A stretch of 63,191 nt of DNA, filler included, from Octopus bimaculoides (taxonomy: Eukaryota): the NCBI RefSeq assembly GCF_001194135.2. It is 6 parts of 6 records of this genome, joined end to end, with 100 filler letters (N's around TTAATTAATTAA, not from the genome) between each part and the next. Parts side by side here need not be neighbours in the genome. Positions count along the whole stretch, not along the records: positions 49,938 to 56,809 come from NC_068984.1; positions 56,910 to 63,191 come from NC_069008.1; 4 more parts are not named here. One strand, given 5' to 3'. Below are positions 51,757 through 63,191 of the stretch, piece after piece. A model generated the notes under the pieces. It was not told the origin of the DNA, made no database searches, and saw nothing but the letters and a program-made list of their open reading frames with translations. The position numbers and the translations under genes are program-made. Within the stretch, counting starts at the first letter, position 1. Every line of letters starts with the position of its first letter.

Positions 51757-52149
51757 ACGTGTGTGTGTGTAGACAGGGTAAATTCCAGCTGTTTCTTCTT
51801 GAAGCACATCTGCTTATTCCATTATTACAATCCAACATGTGGCTTTAGTTGCAGCTGTGTATTAATACAAAATACATAATAAAGTTGAAAATTATGGAAA
51901 CATTATTAGCAGAGTTGTTGTATAACAAAACAGGAAGGTGGAAAAATATTTTGATAGCATTTTCTTTTACCATTACACATGTTTTATTTGCCAATAGGAA
52001 TTACAGAGTTTTATACGTTAGACAGACAAGTAAAGAATTTCCCTTTTAGGGCCGAGAGAAAACAAAACATGGATAACAAGCAATACAGAGAGGACATACG
52101 AAAGTGAATAAATGTAATTTAAGATGATGGACATAGATGAAATAAACAG

Positions 52150-52661
52150 GGGTACGTGTCTTGCTATTTGTTGTTTTCTAATCCTTTAGGATGCCTTCTA
52201 AGCGTTACCCACCATTCTTGTCTTTCTGACCCTAAAGCTATATTTTGCTCCTTTCTTATTTATTTCGTCTTTGCCCATCGTCTTAAATTACAGTTATTCA
52301 CTTTCGTATGTCCACTCTGTTATCTACGCTTGTTATCCATGTTTTGTTTTCTCTCAGCCCTATATTCTCCGCAACTTTCGAGGGCACCGCTAGCATGGGA
52401 AGTTCTCAGTCTTATCGTTGGTAGTACAAAACTGAGTAATACCATCTGGTTGATAACTGATGAAGAATTAGGGACTTTCTGTGTCAGTTTCCCGTCCGGT
52501 TATACACTCAGTATACGTTATATTTTTTTTACTTGTCGTATGTTTATTTACAATACATTTTTTCATTTATTAAGTAACGGAATGCAACGCACACCGGCTT
52601 CATTAACAGTCAGTGCTAGATACCCGTGCGACTCTATTTCTAGCCTTAACTCTTTCCCCTT

Positions 52662-52718
<57 letters not shown>

Positions 52719-53150
52719 NNNNNNNNNNNNNNNNNNNNNNNNNNNNNNNNNNNNNNNNNNNNNNNNNNNNNNNNNNNNNNNNNNNNNNNNNNNNNNNNNN
52801 NNNNNNNNNNNNNNNNNNNNNNNNNNNNNNNNNNNNNNNNNNNNNNNNNNNNNNNNNNNNNNNNNNNNNNNNNNNNNNNNNNNNNNNNNNNNNNNNNNNN
52901 NNNNNNNNNNNNNNNNNNNNNNNNNNNNNNNNNNNNNNNNNNNNNNNNNNNNNNNNNNNNNNNNNNNNNNNNNNNNNNNNNNNNNNNNNNNNNNNNNNNN
53001 NNNNNNNNNNNNNNNNNNACCGGTCTTAAATTCTCTGTGTCTCACTGGCACGTCATGCTATTCTTTTTTTTTTTTGTTTTCTAATCTTTTAAGATGCCTC
53101 CTAAGCGTTACCCACCATTCATGTCTTTTTGGCCCTAAAGCTATATTTTG
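52150..53150 (+). repeat. About 100-bp imperfect direct repeat pair (52150-52255 and 53047-53150)
   Basis: TTTTCTAATC..GATGCC..CTAAGCGTTACCCACCATTC.TGTCTTT..CCCTAAAGCTATATTTTG occurs twice. Confidence 0.85.
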
Positions 53151-53199
53151 TATATTTATAAATGACTAGGAAAACAGAAGTTACACTAATTAGAGAGAG

Positions 53200-53670
53200 A
53201 ATTTCAAAGAATTTCAAAAGATGTAGCAGCCTCAGTGTATGCCTGAACATCATTAGTGACGGTATGTCCGGTCCTCCACTCAGCGAATGTTGGCAGCAAA
53301 GTGAAACGTATCTCCTCCATAGAAAGCGGAAGAGCATGCACTGCAGTCAAGTTAGACGTGAACTGAGGCAAGGCACGACAGCCAGGTGATAATATATGAC
53401 GGATGTGATGTAATCGTTCACCACCTTGTCCCAACCTTTCATGGGATGCACCTCAACGTCTGTAATTTCTGCAGTGGTGGCTCAAGAGTGAGTACATAGC
53501 ATAGATGAGAGGAGAAATCTTGACAGATCGAACGCATGATACTGAGTGATTCGAGTACCTAACCGCGAATATGGGACCGAACTGGCTGTTGTATGAACAG
53601 CCGCCAAGTACTGGTGGACAACCCTATGGAAGGTTTTCGACTAATCTAAATTGATCAGGGCTCTACCCAT
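53200..53670 (-). mobile_element. L1/Tx1-clade RT fragment, degenerate and internally deleted
   Basis: ALINLD*SKTFHRVVHQYLAAV and SVIYYHLAVVPC..LFRFLWR..CCQHSLSGG..LMMFRHTLRL. Confidence 0.75.
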
Positions 53671-53949
53671 GCTAGATTTGTTATCCAACTTTTCTATTAT
53701 GTATCACATGAGGTGGAGGTTATCGTTCATCGGTCTGTTTGGGATAGCGCATGCTTGCATAATGAAAAATAATAAAAAATAATACTTAAAAACAAAATAA
53801 CAAGAAAGAAAAGTCACAAATAGGGGCGACAGCCATCTAGGGCCATTTAGAGAACCCCACAGATTCAAGAATACCCCAGTTACCAGAAGCAAGTTCCATC
53901 GCCCTGTTGTCCTTTTCCAGTCCAAGTTGTTGGTTTATTAGAGCAACGC

Positions 53950-55420
53950 TTGCCACCTTTCAATAAATTTACTAAGAGCAAGACAACTTCTCCAGTCTCA
54001 ACCTTTGCTCTAAGTGAAACTTGAAAAAGTCGATGAAGAATTGGTAATGGAGGAAAATGTCTGTTTTCAGTTCTTGCATTTGTATCCAATGGGCAACCTA
54101 TTTTTTCATAGCCAACTGAATAAAAACTACCTCTGGTCAAAGGAAGACTGGAGTACGATATCACATTGGACTCGCTCTGTATCCAGATCTGTCATCCACG
54201 TTTCAGCAATATTTGACAGAAAGTCAATAATACTCAGACACCGAACATCTGACTGCAGAACAGTTTCTGTGTACATCTCAGGAATATGCATTTGAGGATA
54301 TTTCCTGCATAAAGAATCATCTAGAACTGGGAATGACTCCTCCTCTCCCGGTAGCACTGCAAGACCAGGGATTTCTGGAAGTTATCCATCGTTCCCGGAC
54401 CAAAAGTCTTCTAAAGCAAACTAGTCAGTTGATATTCGTTAACGCCCAGAGCTTCCCAGAAAACGACCACGGTCTTCCCCGCCACTTATCCTCTGATAGA
54501 GAATCTTCCGGCATATTACTCGACTGGCAGAGGGCCATGGCTGCTTGCCAATATTCTAGATGCCAAGTGCTTAGCCTCGACCTTCGCTTGATCAATCACC
54601 GCAGCTGCATGGAAAAGACAAGCTATGGCAATATAACCAACGAACCTAACAAAGAGCAACTCATCTGTTCACTGTTCACAAAGAATCTTTGTGAATACCG
54701 CAATTTCAACGTATGTCTGTGCATCGTCATCTACTGTATACCGTTTCCCCATCTCTGCACAAGTGTGTGCAGAATAGACAGCCTACTCTTTTGCGTCTTC
54801 CATGACACTCCAATCTAGTTGGACGAATAGTGGAGAGTTCGCCATCTCCGCTCGGCGTTTCAGAGTTAGCTTCCTCTTAATCCCCTTCTGATCGAGAATT
54901 ACCGAACCAGACCTGATGCAACTTGACCAATCCGTGGGTCCAGTGATCAACGTTGCTGGCCTTTGGCATGATCTTGCCTCATCAAGTGTCTACTGACATG
55001 TCTAGATTAACAATTGCTCCTATAACTGCTTCTATTGTTTTTCGTTAGGAAGGGGCTGACTTCTTCGATTTCTATGTGTCCAATAACGCCATATTAGTAT
55101 TGCCGTTTATATATGCCAATTTGGCTCTTCAATGCCTCAATTCGAACTGATAGCACCCAAAAACCTTTAGTCTCACAGCAGTGACTCAAAATTACTTAAA
55201 TACAGAAGGAACAAGGTAGGACCACCGTGACAGACGGAGCACGCAACTTGAAGCGGTTCAAGTCACATGCCGCCGTCCAGTTTAGTTTGCAGTGCATTGA
55301 AGCCTCTAGAAAGCATCTACTTTAAGAGGAGCCCCTTGATAGAGTCGACCATCGTTACATCATTGACCCTATCGAGGATTTCCGATTGATCTGAATTGAT
55401 CACTGCCCTATCAAAGCTAT
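53950..55420 (-). mobile_element. L1/Tx1-clade ORF2 3' half, highly degenerate
   Basis: AVINSDQSEILDRV, SVCHGGPTLFLLYL (cf. SVRQGCPLSPLLY), EAVIGAIVNLDMSV, HWTHGLVKL, RKLTLKRRAEMAN. Confidence 0.65.
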
Positions 55421-55456
55421 GTTTGTTACCTATTTTCTCCCAGTACAATGTACTTC

Positions 55457-55836
55457 GTTGTTGTTGGCACTCTGTCGCTTACGACGTCGAGGGTTCCAGT
55501 TGATCCGATCAACGGTACAGCCTGCTCGTAAAACTAACGTGCATGTGGCTGAGCACTCCACAGACACGTGTACCCTTAACGTAGTTCTCGGGGATATTCA
55601 GCGTGACACAGTGTGACAAGGCTGACCCTTTGAATTACAGGCACAACAGAAACAGGAAGTAAGAGTGAGAGAAAGTTGTGGTGAAAGAGTACAGTAGGGT
55701 TCGCCACCATCCCCTGCCGGAGCCTCGAGGAGATTTAGGTGTTTTCGCTCAATAAACACTTACAACGTCTGGGAATCGAAACCGCGATCCTATGACCGCG
55801 AGTCCGCCGCCCTAACCACAGGACCATTGCGCCTCC
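55457..55836 (-). mobile_element. tRNA-derived SINE family D, full length with a 12-bp TSD
   Basis: ACAATGTACTTC at 55445-55456 and 55837-55848; (CAA)n tail. Confidence 0.95.
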
Positions 55837-56399
55837 ACAATGTACTTCATAGAGTAGATATTTTTATGCATGAACAGTCTGAGATTTCATGTGTACGCGC
55901 TTTCACGATCACGCTACCGACTACAAACGCCAACCTCTCCTCTTCTCATGTGTCTTATATAAAAATCATCAGCTATATATTCAACGGCATTATTGGACAG
56001 GAAATATTAATAACGATTGTTTTGTTTGCGTCTTTAACACCTCACAGAATAGAAAATTCCCAAAATATAGAGACATGACTGAGTTATTCCCCTTGAGTAA
56101 ATTAATTAACTGTACTTTTCAGAGTTGCTTCTCTTGGAGAAGAGTTCCTTTCCTTGTTCAATAAACAAGTTATTTCCCTTGCGTTTAGTGGCACTACGTA
56201 TGTCTACGTTCTCAGAACAAAGTCCCTCGAGATTGGCTTTGTCCTTTCGTCCTTTCGGCTAGATTAAGTTAGTACCAGTTGCGCGTACTAGGATCGATAT
56301 GTTAGACTCGTCCATTCTCTCAAAATACCAGGCCTTGTGCCTATAGCTGAAAGGATTGTTATAGCTTCGTCAACTTGCAGTTGAATACATGTAAGTACA

Positions 56400-56762
56400 T
56401 GAAGTTTGCTTCCCAACCACATGGTTTCGGGTTCAGTCCCACTGCGTGGCACCCTGGGCAAGCGTTTTCTACGATAGCCTTGGACCTACCAAAGCTTTGT
56501 GAGTGGATTTGATAGACAGAAACTGAAAGAAGTTCGACGTTTGTATATGTGTCTTTGTATCTGTGTTTGTCTGCACCACCGTTTGACAACCGATGTTGGT
56601 GTGTTTACGTCCCCATAACTTAACATTTCGGAAATGTGATAGAATAAGTACCAGGCTTAAAAAAAAAATTAAGTACTGGGGCTAATTCGTTCGACTAAAA
56701 TTCTTCAGTGCAGTGCCCCAACATAACCACAGTCTAATGACTGAAACAAGTAAAAAGATAAA

Positions 56763-56765
<3 letters not shown>
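56400..56765 (+). mobile_element. SINE family B (CpGs largely retained), preceded by a family C fragment at about 56248-56358
   Basis: Aligns with 38583-38965. Confidence 0.9.
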
Positions 56766-56809
<44 letters not shown>

Positions 56810-57499
56810 NNNNNNNNNNNNNNNNNNNNNNNNNNNNNNNNNNNNNNNNNNNNTTAATTAATTAANNNNNNNNNNNNNNNNNNNNNNNNNNNNNNNNNNN
56901 NNNNNNNNNTTGGTCCTGAGTGATGGAGAAAGATTTGAAAAGATTTGTTAATTTGCAAAACAATGTTATTTTATTACATTTTTAAACCGATGAGGCACAT
57001 CCCATTGTGCGTAGTGCAAAATAAAAGAAATGGACGAAATCATTCCGAAAGTGGGGGAATTGGGGACTCAAATTTTCAAAAATATTTTTCATAAAACGTT
57101 AGCCTCTATCGTGTGCAAATATATAGGGGCAAACATTTTTTAAATCCCAGTCATAACGGAGAAAATCCAACCAATGTAATATTCCGAATGTCTGCCAAGA
57201 CATTCTATCGTGAAACTTACCCAGTAAGGATGGGATACTTAGCTAGCATATATATATATGCGTGTGTGTGTGTGTGTATACATACATACACATTTATATA
57301 CACATACATACATGCATACGCATACACACACAAACATATATTATTAAAAAGGGGGAGAGAGAGAATGAAAGAGTGAGATGAATNNNNNNNNNNNNNNNNN
57401 NNNNNNNNNNNNNNNNNNNNNNNNNNNNNNNNNNNNNNNNNNNNNNNNNNNNNNNNNNNNNNNNNNNNNNNNNNNNNNNNNNNATATACATACATAAGG

Positions 57500-57835
57500 C
57501 AAGGCAAAAGTTAAGATTCTCTTCAGTTATGATTAGCCATGCAATTGCATCTAGAAAGTTCTCCTCTGAGGCACAAGTCTGGGCAAAGTCGTATATGGAA
57601 GACCCGTAGTCACCAATGCATACCAGCCTCTCCTCTCCACACGATGGATGTTATCCAAGGTAAAAGCAAAGACCGATACCGCTTGGCACGAGAGACGTCG
57701 CATCTCATTTCTACAGCTGAGTGAACTGGAGCATCGTGAAAAACAAAATGTCTTGCTCAATAACACAACATAGCTCTGTCGGGGATCGAACTCGCTACCT
57801 CATGATTGTGAGCCCAACCCTCTAACCACTGAAAC
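57500..57835 (-). mobile_element. tRNA-derived SINE with an A-like body and a distinct tail (family E)
   Basis: Reverse complement head CAGTGGTTAGAGGG..GAGTTCGATCCC, then GAGCAAGACATTT..GCTCCAGTTCACTCAGCTGTAGAAATGAG. Confidence 0.75.
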
Positions 57836-59387
57836 ACAAATATATAATTTATTACGAGAATGAATTGAACAGGCTTTATTACAAATCACTACAATTGTCA
57901 CCGCAACATTATCAGCTGTTAATTGATGAATGTTGCATGTATTATGTGCAATATAGTACTAATATGGTTCAACATTAGCTGTATTTTCGGGTGACCAGAG
58001 TCGAAGCCCTGCAAATCTTTTCTGTTGCTGTCACAGTTTTTTTTTTAATTTTAAAATTAAGAGAACTTGGTATATGGATGTAAAATTTTTACGCTGAATC
58101 TGATTTTGCTATTCACTTGTTCCATGAAAAATACTTAGAAATTGTTACAGAGATTTAAAATTTAATAATTTTTACCAAATCAGAAAACAAGATTTGGAAG
58201 CTGGCATTTTGGGCGTGATAGCTGTCTATGACAACTTTGCGACAACATTCTAACCACAAACTTGTAAGAAGTGTTAAAGTTTTAATAAGTTTTAACGAAT
58301 GAAGTCACGTGAAATGTTGGAACAATATAAAAAAGAAAAATACTACCGATATAAAAAATATAAACAATATATAAAGGAAAAATACTCAAAGAATTTTTTT
58401 CGAGAAACAAAACCTGTATGTTAAGTTACAACCCCCCCCCCCCAAGAAAACAAACAAACTGTAGTTTAGTTCATATAAATTAATACATTTTTGTAGCGAA
58501 AATTCAAAAAACGAAAGCTTGAGATACTCTCTAGGAGTTTTCCCTCAANNNNNNNNNNNNNNNNNNNNNNNNNNNNNNNNNNNNNNNNNNNNNNNNNNNN
58601 NNNNNNNNNNNNNNNNNNNNNNNNNNNNNNNNNNNNNNNNNNNNNNNNNNNNNNNNNNNNNNNNNNNNNNNNNNNNNNNNNNNNNNNNNNNNNNNNNNNN
58701 NNNNNNNNNNNNNNNNNNNNNNNNNNNNNNNNNNNNNNNNNNNNNNNNNNNNNNNNNNNNNNNNNNNNNNNNNNNNNNNNNNNNNNNNNNNNNNNNNNNN
58801 NNNNNNNNNNNNNNNNNNNNNNNNNNNNNNNNNNNNNNNNNNNNNNNNNNNNNNNNNNNNNNNNNNNNNNNNNNNNNNNNNNNNNNNNNNNNNNNNNNNN
58901 NNNNNNNNNNNNNNNNNNNNNNNNNNNNNNNNNNNNNNNNNNNNNNNNNNNNNNNNNNNNNNNNNNNNNNNNNNNNNNNNNNNNNNNNNNNNNNNNNNNN
59001 NNNNNNNNNNNNNNNNNNNNNNNNNNNNNNNNNNNNNNNNNNNNNNNNNNNNNNNNNNNNNNNNNNNNNNNNNNNNNNNNNNNNNNNNNNNNNNNNNNNN
59101 NNNNNNNNNNNNNNNNNNNNNNNNNNNNNNNNNNNNNNNNNNNNNNNNNNNNNNNNNNNNNNNNNNNNNNNNNNNNNNNNNNNNNNNNNNNNNNNNNNNN
59201 NNNNNNNNNNNNNNNNNNNNNNNNNNNNNNNNNNNNNNNNNNNNNNNNNNNNNNNNNNNNNNNNNNNNNNNNNNNNNNNNNNNNNNNNNNNNNNNNNNNN
59301 NNNNNNNNNNNNNNNNNNNNNNNNNNNNNNNNNNNNNNNNNNNNNNNNNNNNNNNNNNNNNNNNNNNNNNNNNNNNNNNNNNNNNNN

Positions 59388-59446
<59 letters not shown>

Positions 59447-59599
59447 GACATCAATATAATGATAATAATAATATAAAAACTCAAATACATTTATAAGTAT
59501 ATGGATGATTGATGGCCATAAACAGTACTTTTTGGTTTGTATACTACGTCTATCTCGAAGAGGTTTTATAAAGATATAATCATAAGTATCAGAGCTTTC

Positions 59600-59770
59600 T
59601 TCCAAATTCCAAAACCGAGCTTTTAAGTCTTCTGTTACATTTTTCAGCAATTTCAGAGTGCCTGTTAGTGATACTATCATTGCATAATACAATGTATAGT
59701 GTCTCTTCAAAGCATAGATTACACGATTCTGAGTATACGTTGTACGGGTATACATTCCGTATTAGCGACA
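59600..59770 (-). mobile_element. Penelope-like element C-terminal remnant
   Basis: PYNVYSESCNLCFEETLYI..ITNRHSEIAEKCNRR resembles the PLE PYN..CNLCL.EK..LLNKRSE..KC motif. Confidence 0.6.
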
Positions 59771-59893
59771 AAGTCATTTTGCATTGTATCTTATTCTGTT
59801 TGAGGCTTCAAATGGCAAAAAAGAGGCAATACAGCACGACTTGGTCAGTGATACGGAATGCATACAATTACGACAATAGTTTTAAGCTTTGAT

Positions 59894-60076
59894 GCAAGGC
59901 CAGCAATTTCGGAGAAAGGGTTAGGTCGATTACATCGACCCCAGTGCGTAACTGCTATATATTTTATCGAACTTGAAAGGAGGAAAAGTTAAGTCGACTT
60001 CGGCAGAATTTGAACTCAAACGTAAAGACGGACGAAATGCTGCTAAGCAGTTTGCCCGGCGTGCCTCCTCGCCGTC

Positions 60077-60080
<4 letters not shown>
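59894..60080 (-). mobile_element. SINE family C, followed by (AAT)n and a further repeat tail at about 60140-60350
   Basis: Reverse complement matches the family core. Confidence 0.85.
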
Positions 60081-60131
<51 letters not shown>

Positions 60132-60351
60132 TAAATAAATAAATAAATGCCCTGATGCAGTACCAGGCAGTGGATCTCATGGCTTCTGATCTTAACTGAT
60201 TGAAAGTGTTATCATGTACATTGTTTTGTCTTGGTTTATAAGACTGGCTACAGCAAATATTCTGCTCAATACCTTAGATTAACTTGTCAGGTGTTTGATC
60301 TTTACCAGTTGAGCAGGTCCCTTGGTGGCTGACGATATGTGCATCTCTGAT

Positions 60352-62223
60352 TGCATATGTTTGTGCCTCCCCGACCAGACTACAAATGACAAACGCCAGC
60401 CTTTTCGTTAACACCTTGGCCAAAATCTGTGTTTAGCAGATTTAATTCCTTAGCACGTCTCCATTGTCGGCGTTCTTTCTCAGCAGTGTTACCACACGCC
60501 GGCTAACAGCACCAGAAATTCTCCCTTTCTGCTGCTAGTTACTGCATACATCTGCCAAGATGCAGCCAAACAAATCTGGCATGAAAAAGAGAATTCTTCC
60601 GGCGATTTGTGCCTTGTGCAATCGCTCATCGCCTCCCGTATTTCAGTGACTGTAATCGGCTTTTCGCAGAATCTCGAGTCTGTCACCGAGAGCCGTGGTA
60701 GGCCGTCTAGGTACGAGGTAAAGTCCGCTACCATCGTCGACCCATCACCCTCCCCAAACAGCCGTGCAAAGTGTTGCTAGAAAGCTGCACACATTTGCCC
60801 AGAACCGAGTAGCATGCGTTGATCCTGCTCCGTGAAAAACATGATCGTGGTTTTGTTTCCACGTCGCGTCTCTACTGTTCGGGCCGATCGGACGTCTTTA
60901 GTTCCTTCGTGTTTTAGCGCACGGGCCTTAGCTCTGACAACGCATCCTTCGTGTTTCACCTCAAAGAAATGGCCAAGGGCCATTCTCGCCGCCAACACTT
61001 CGGTCATGATGTCTTTACTAATAGCCTCTTCTAGTTTGCTAACTAATTCTCCTTTTAATCTATTTCTTTCTAATTCTAAATCTTTGCTAAACGCTATCGA
61101 TTCTACTCTAATCGCTCTCTTCAGGTCGATCCATCACCGGTTGTTAGCCCTCGTCAACTGCCGCTTAACAAGTTCGCTGATCCGGTCCCTGTAATCTTTG
61201 TGAGCGTATAAGTAACCAGGACTCTGTCTCTGGGTCCTAGCTAAATCGACTGAGCATATCACAAATTTGTGATCTGTGTAGCCGACCAATTTAAATTGTG
61301 AACAACCTATGCAGTCCTTATCCTCTGACCTAACAAATACTCTATCTAAATACGATCTAGAGGACCCGCTGTGGTTGCTCCATATCCACACTGGCGCATC
61401 AGGGAAATCCAGTCGGATACCTGTCAGAAAGCTGGAAAGTCCTGAGCAGGTTTTCGAGGCTTTTACACCCCCATCTACTATGTACTAAACCCACACAGTC
61501 CTTCTGTGCGTCGAAAATATTAATCCAGTCTCCGACTTGTACAAAAATCCAAGACGTTCCCAAGAATGTTTTTAGACGTCTGAAGAAATTTGGCCTTCCA
61601 TCACCTGTTGGGACACAAATAACCACCAGTCGAAATACACCACCTTCGCTGTTCACGCCAAGGACCACCACTCTACCATCTGGGTCCAAAAAGATAGCCC
61701 GTACTTGGAGATCTAAGGACTGCTACATCACCACCCGATCCCAATAGACCACAAGATGAGAATACCTCGTAGTTTTTGAAAATGGATACAAGAGCGTGTT
61801 TTCAGGAGATGCATGTTTCACTAATGGCAGCCACATCTAAATCAGGTGGCCTGAGATTATTGAGTAAGTGACTTTGCTTCCAAGATGATCCCAGGCCACG
61901 CACATTCATACACCTCACTCTTAGTACAGCCATGCTAGTCGGAGAAAGAAAATGCGGAGGTTACTTATCTTGACTTTTAAGAAGCCCAGAAGTTCCGGGC
62001 CTCTCTTCTGGCGAAACGTTTTAAAAGGCCCTTCCAACAGCTTTTTATCAACTGATTTTTTAAAAATCCCCACACTACCTGGGAATTTTTCTATTATAGT
62101 TTTATAAATGTCTGACGACATTTTAATTAAAAGTCTGTCCTTGGGGATTTTGAGGATGAAATCCTCAAATCTCTTTCCCTCTGTCTCTATTTTGCTTTTG
62201 TTTTGACTTACAAAATCCATCAA
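60352..62223 (-). mobile_element. L1/Tx1-clade LINE: ORF1 end (61921-62223) and ORF2 (ATG 61933) covering APE, linker and RT start; frameshifted
   Basis: MAVLRVRCMNVRGLG, DVAAISET, VGDWIN, WIWSNHSGSSRSYLDRVFV, YTDHKFV, PITVTEIREAM, ILAKVLTKRL..LVGEAQT. Confidence 0.92.
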
Positions 62224-63191
62224 TTCACTGTTGCACTTGTTTACAACAGTATAATTGATGGATACATTTCGTCTACAGTCTGATGAATCGTTTTAAGTCC
62301 TGTAATTGGTTGTATCTGTGTTTCTGTGATTTTATGTTGTTGTTGATGATGTTGCTCTTTTTGAAATTGTTGTTCTTGTTTTTTGTTGTTTTTGTTGGAG
62401 TGGTTGTGAATTGTGTTTCAGTTATAGTTTCAGAATAAGTTTTGTTGATTTCTTAGAGTACTCTTGTCCTCTTTCACCTCCCCACTTTTGTCACCGTGAT
62501 CCATTTTGTCACTGTGTTCGTTCGGCTCTTCTTTCTCCATGTCATTGCAGTTGGTGTTGGTGGGAGGAAATGACATATTCAGATGTCACAACATACGGCA
62601 GGTGCAACAAACGAATGTTAATATACATTACCGTATGGTCACAATTTTAGCTGTTACTACAAGGTATACCTTTTCATACCTAAGTACAAGTTACGTCTCT
62701 CAGCATTATCTCAAAGTACAGCAAGTCACAGCTTGCAAATATTGTAAAACTATTAGTTAATACAATTAAACCTTGGGAGAGGCATTATGCCGGTAATAAA
62801 CACACGCACTGGTTCAGTCCTTTATTAATTTATATAGTTTTCTGTTAAATTATTTCATTGCACTCTTGCAATCTCTTCAGTAACTTGTCTCTCCACTTCC
62901 ATTTATTTTGAATGTATGATCTGGCGTTGTTTTGGCGTTGTTTTAGCGTTGTTTTGAAACTGTTTGGTATGAACATGTGAGTATGTGCAAGCTCGTATGT
63001 GTGCACGCTCATATGTGTGCACGCACTTATGTGTTCGTGCTTATATGTAAGTATGTGCGTCCATATGTGTGTTTGTTAATACATTAAGGTATATATGTAA
63101 ACTAACAGATACCGAAAGTTTCAACGTTTCACAACCAACAAATGTTACAACATGGTAGACACATCAAAATTCATAAGATTTAAAATGAAAT

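Overview
Repeat-rich animal genomic DNA. It is most likely a coleoid cephalopod such as Octopus, inferred from the microsatellite load and the abundant tRNA-derived SINE families. Five 100-bp assembly joins (N44-TTAATTAATTAA-N44) break the window into six segments, so their order and orientation are not guaranteed. The only host-gene coding sequence I can recognise is a + strand exon of an SCY1-like/SCYL2-family pseudokinase (MEVLSMLK...NPITKYYDIGKQVGSAGPEMVWKIFDAVRLEDKR, 19862-20011, GTAAGT donor). The main finding is that this frame stays open for about 1.1 kb upstream and contains six tandem SPRRLS(Q/D)TQL repeats whose nucleotide differences are almost all synonymous. This suggests an unannotated N-terminal extension under protein-level selection, although it has no in-frame ATG. 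It lies at the end of a 7-kb CpG-rich trinucleotide low-complexity domain. The rest is transposon debris: RTE, CR1-like, L1/Tx1 and R4/Dong-like LINEs, a Gypsy element with a nested insertion, Penelope-like elements with hammerhead-ribozyme-like cores, Tc1/mariner, hAT, and many SINEs. Repeat coordinates were read by eye and are approximate unless a TSD or TIR defines them. No database searches were run.
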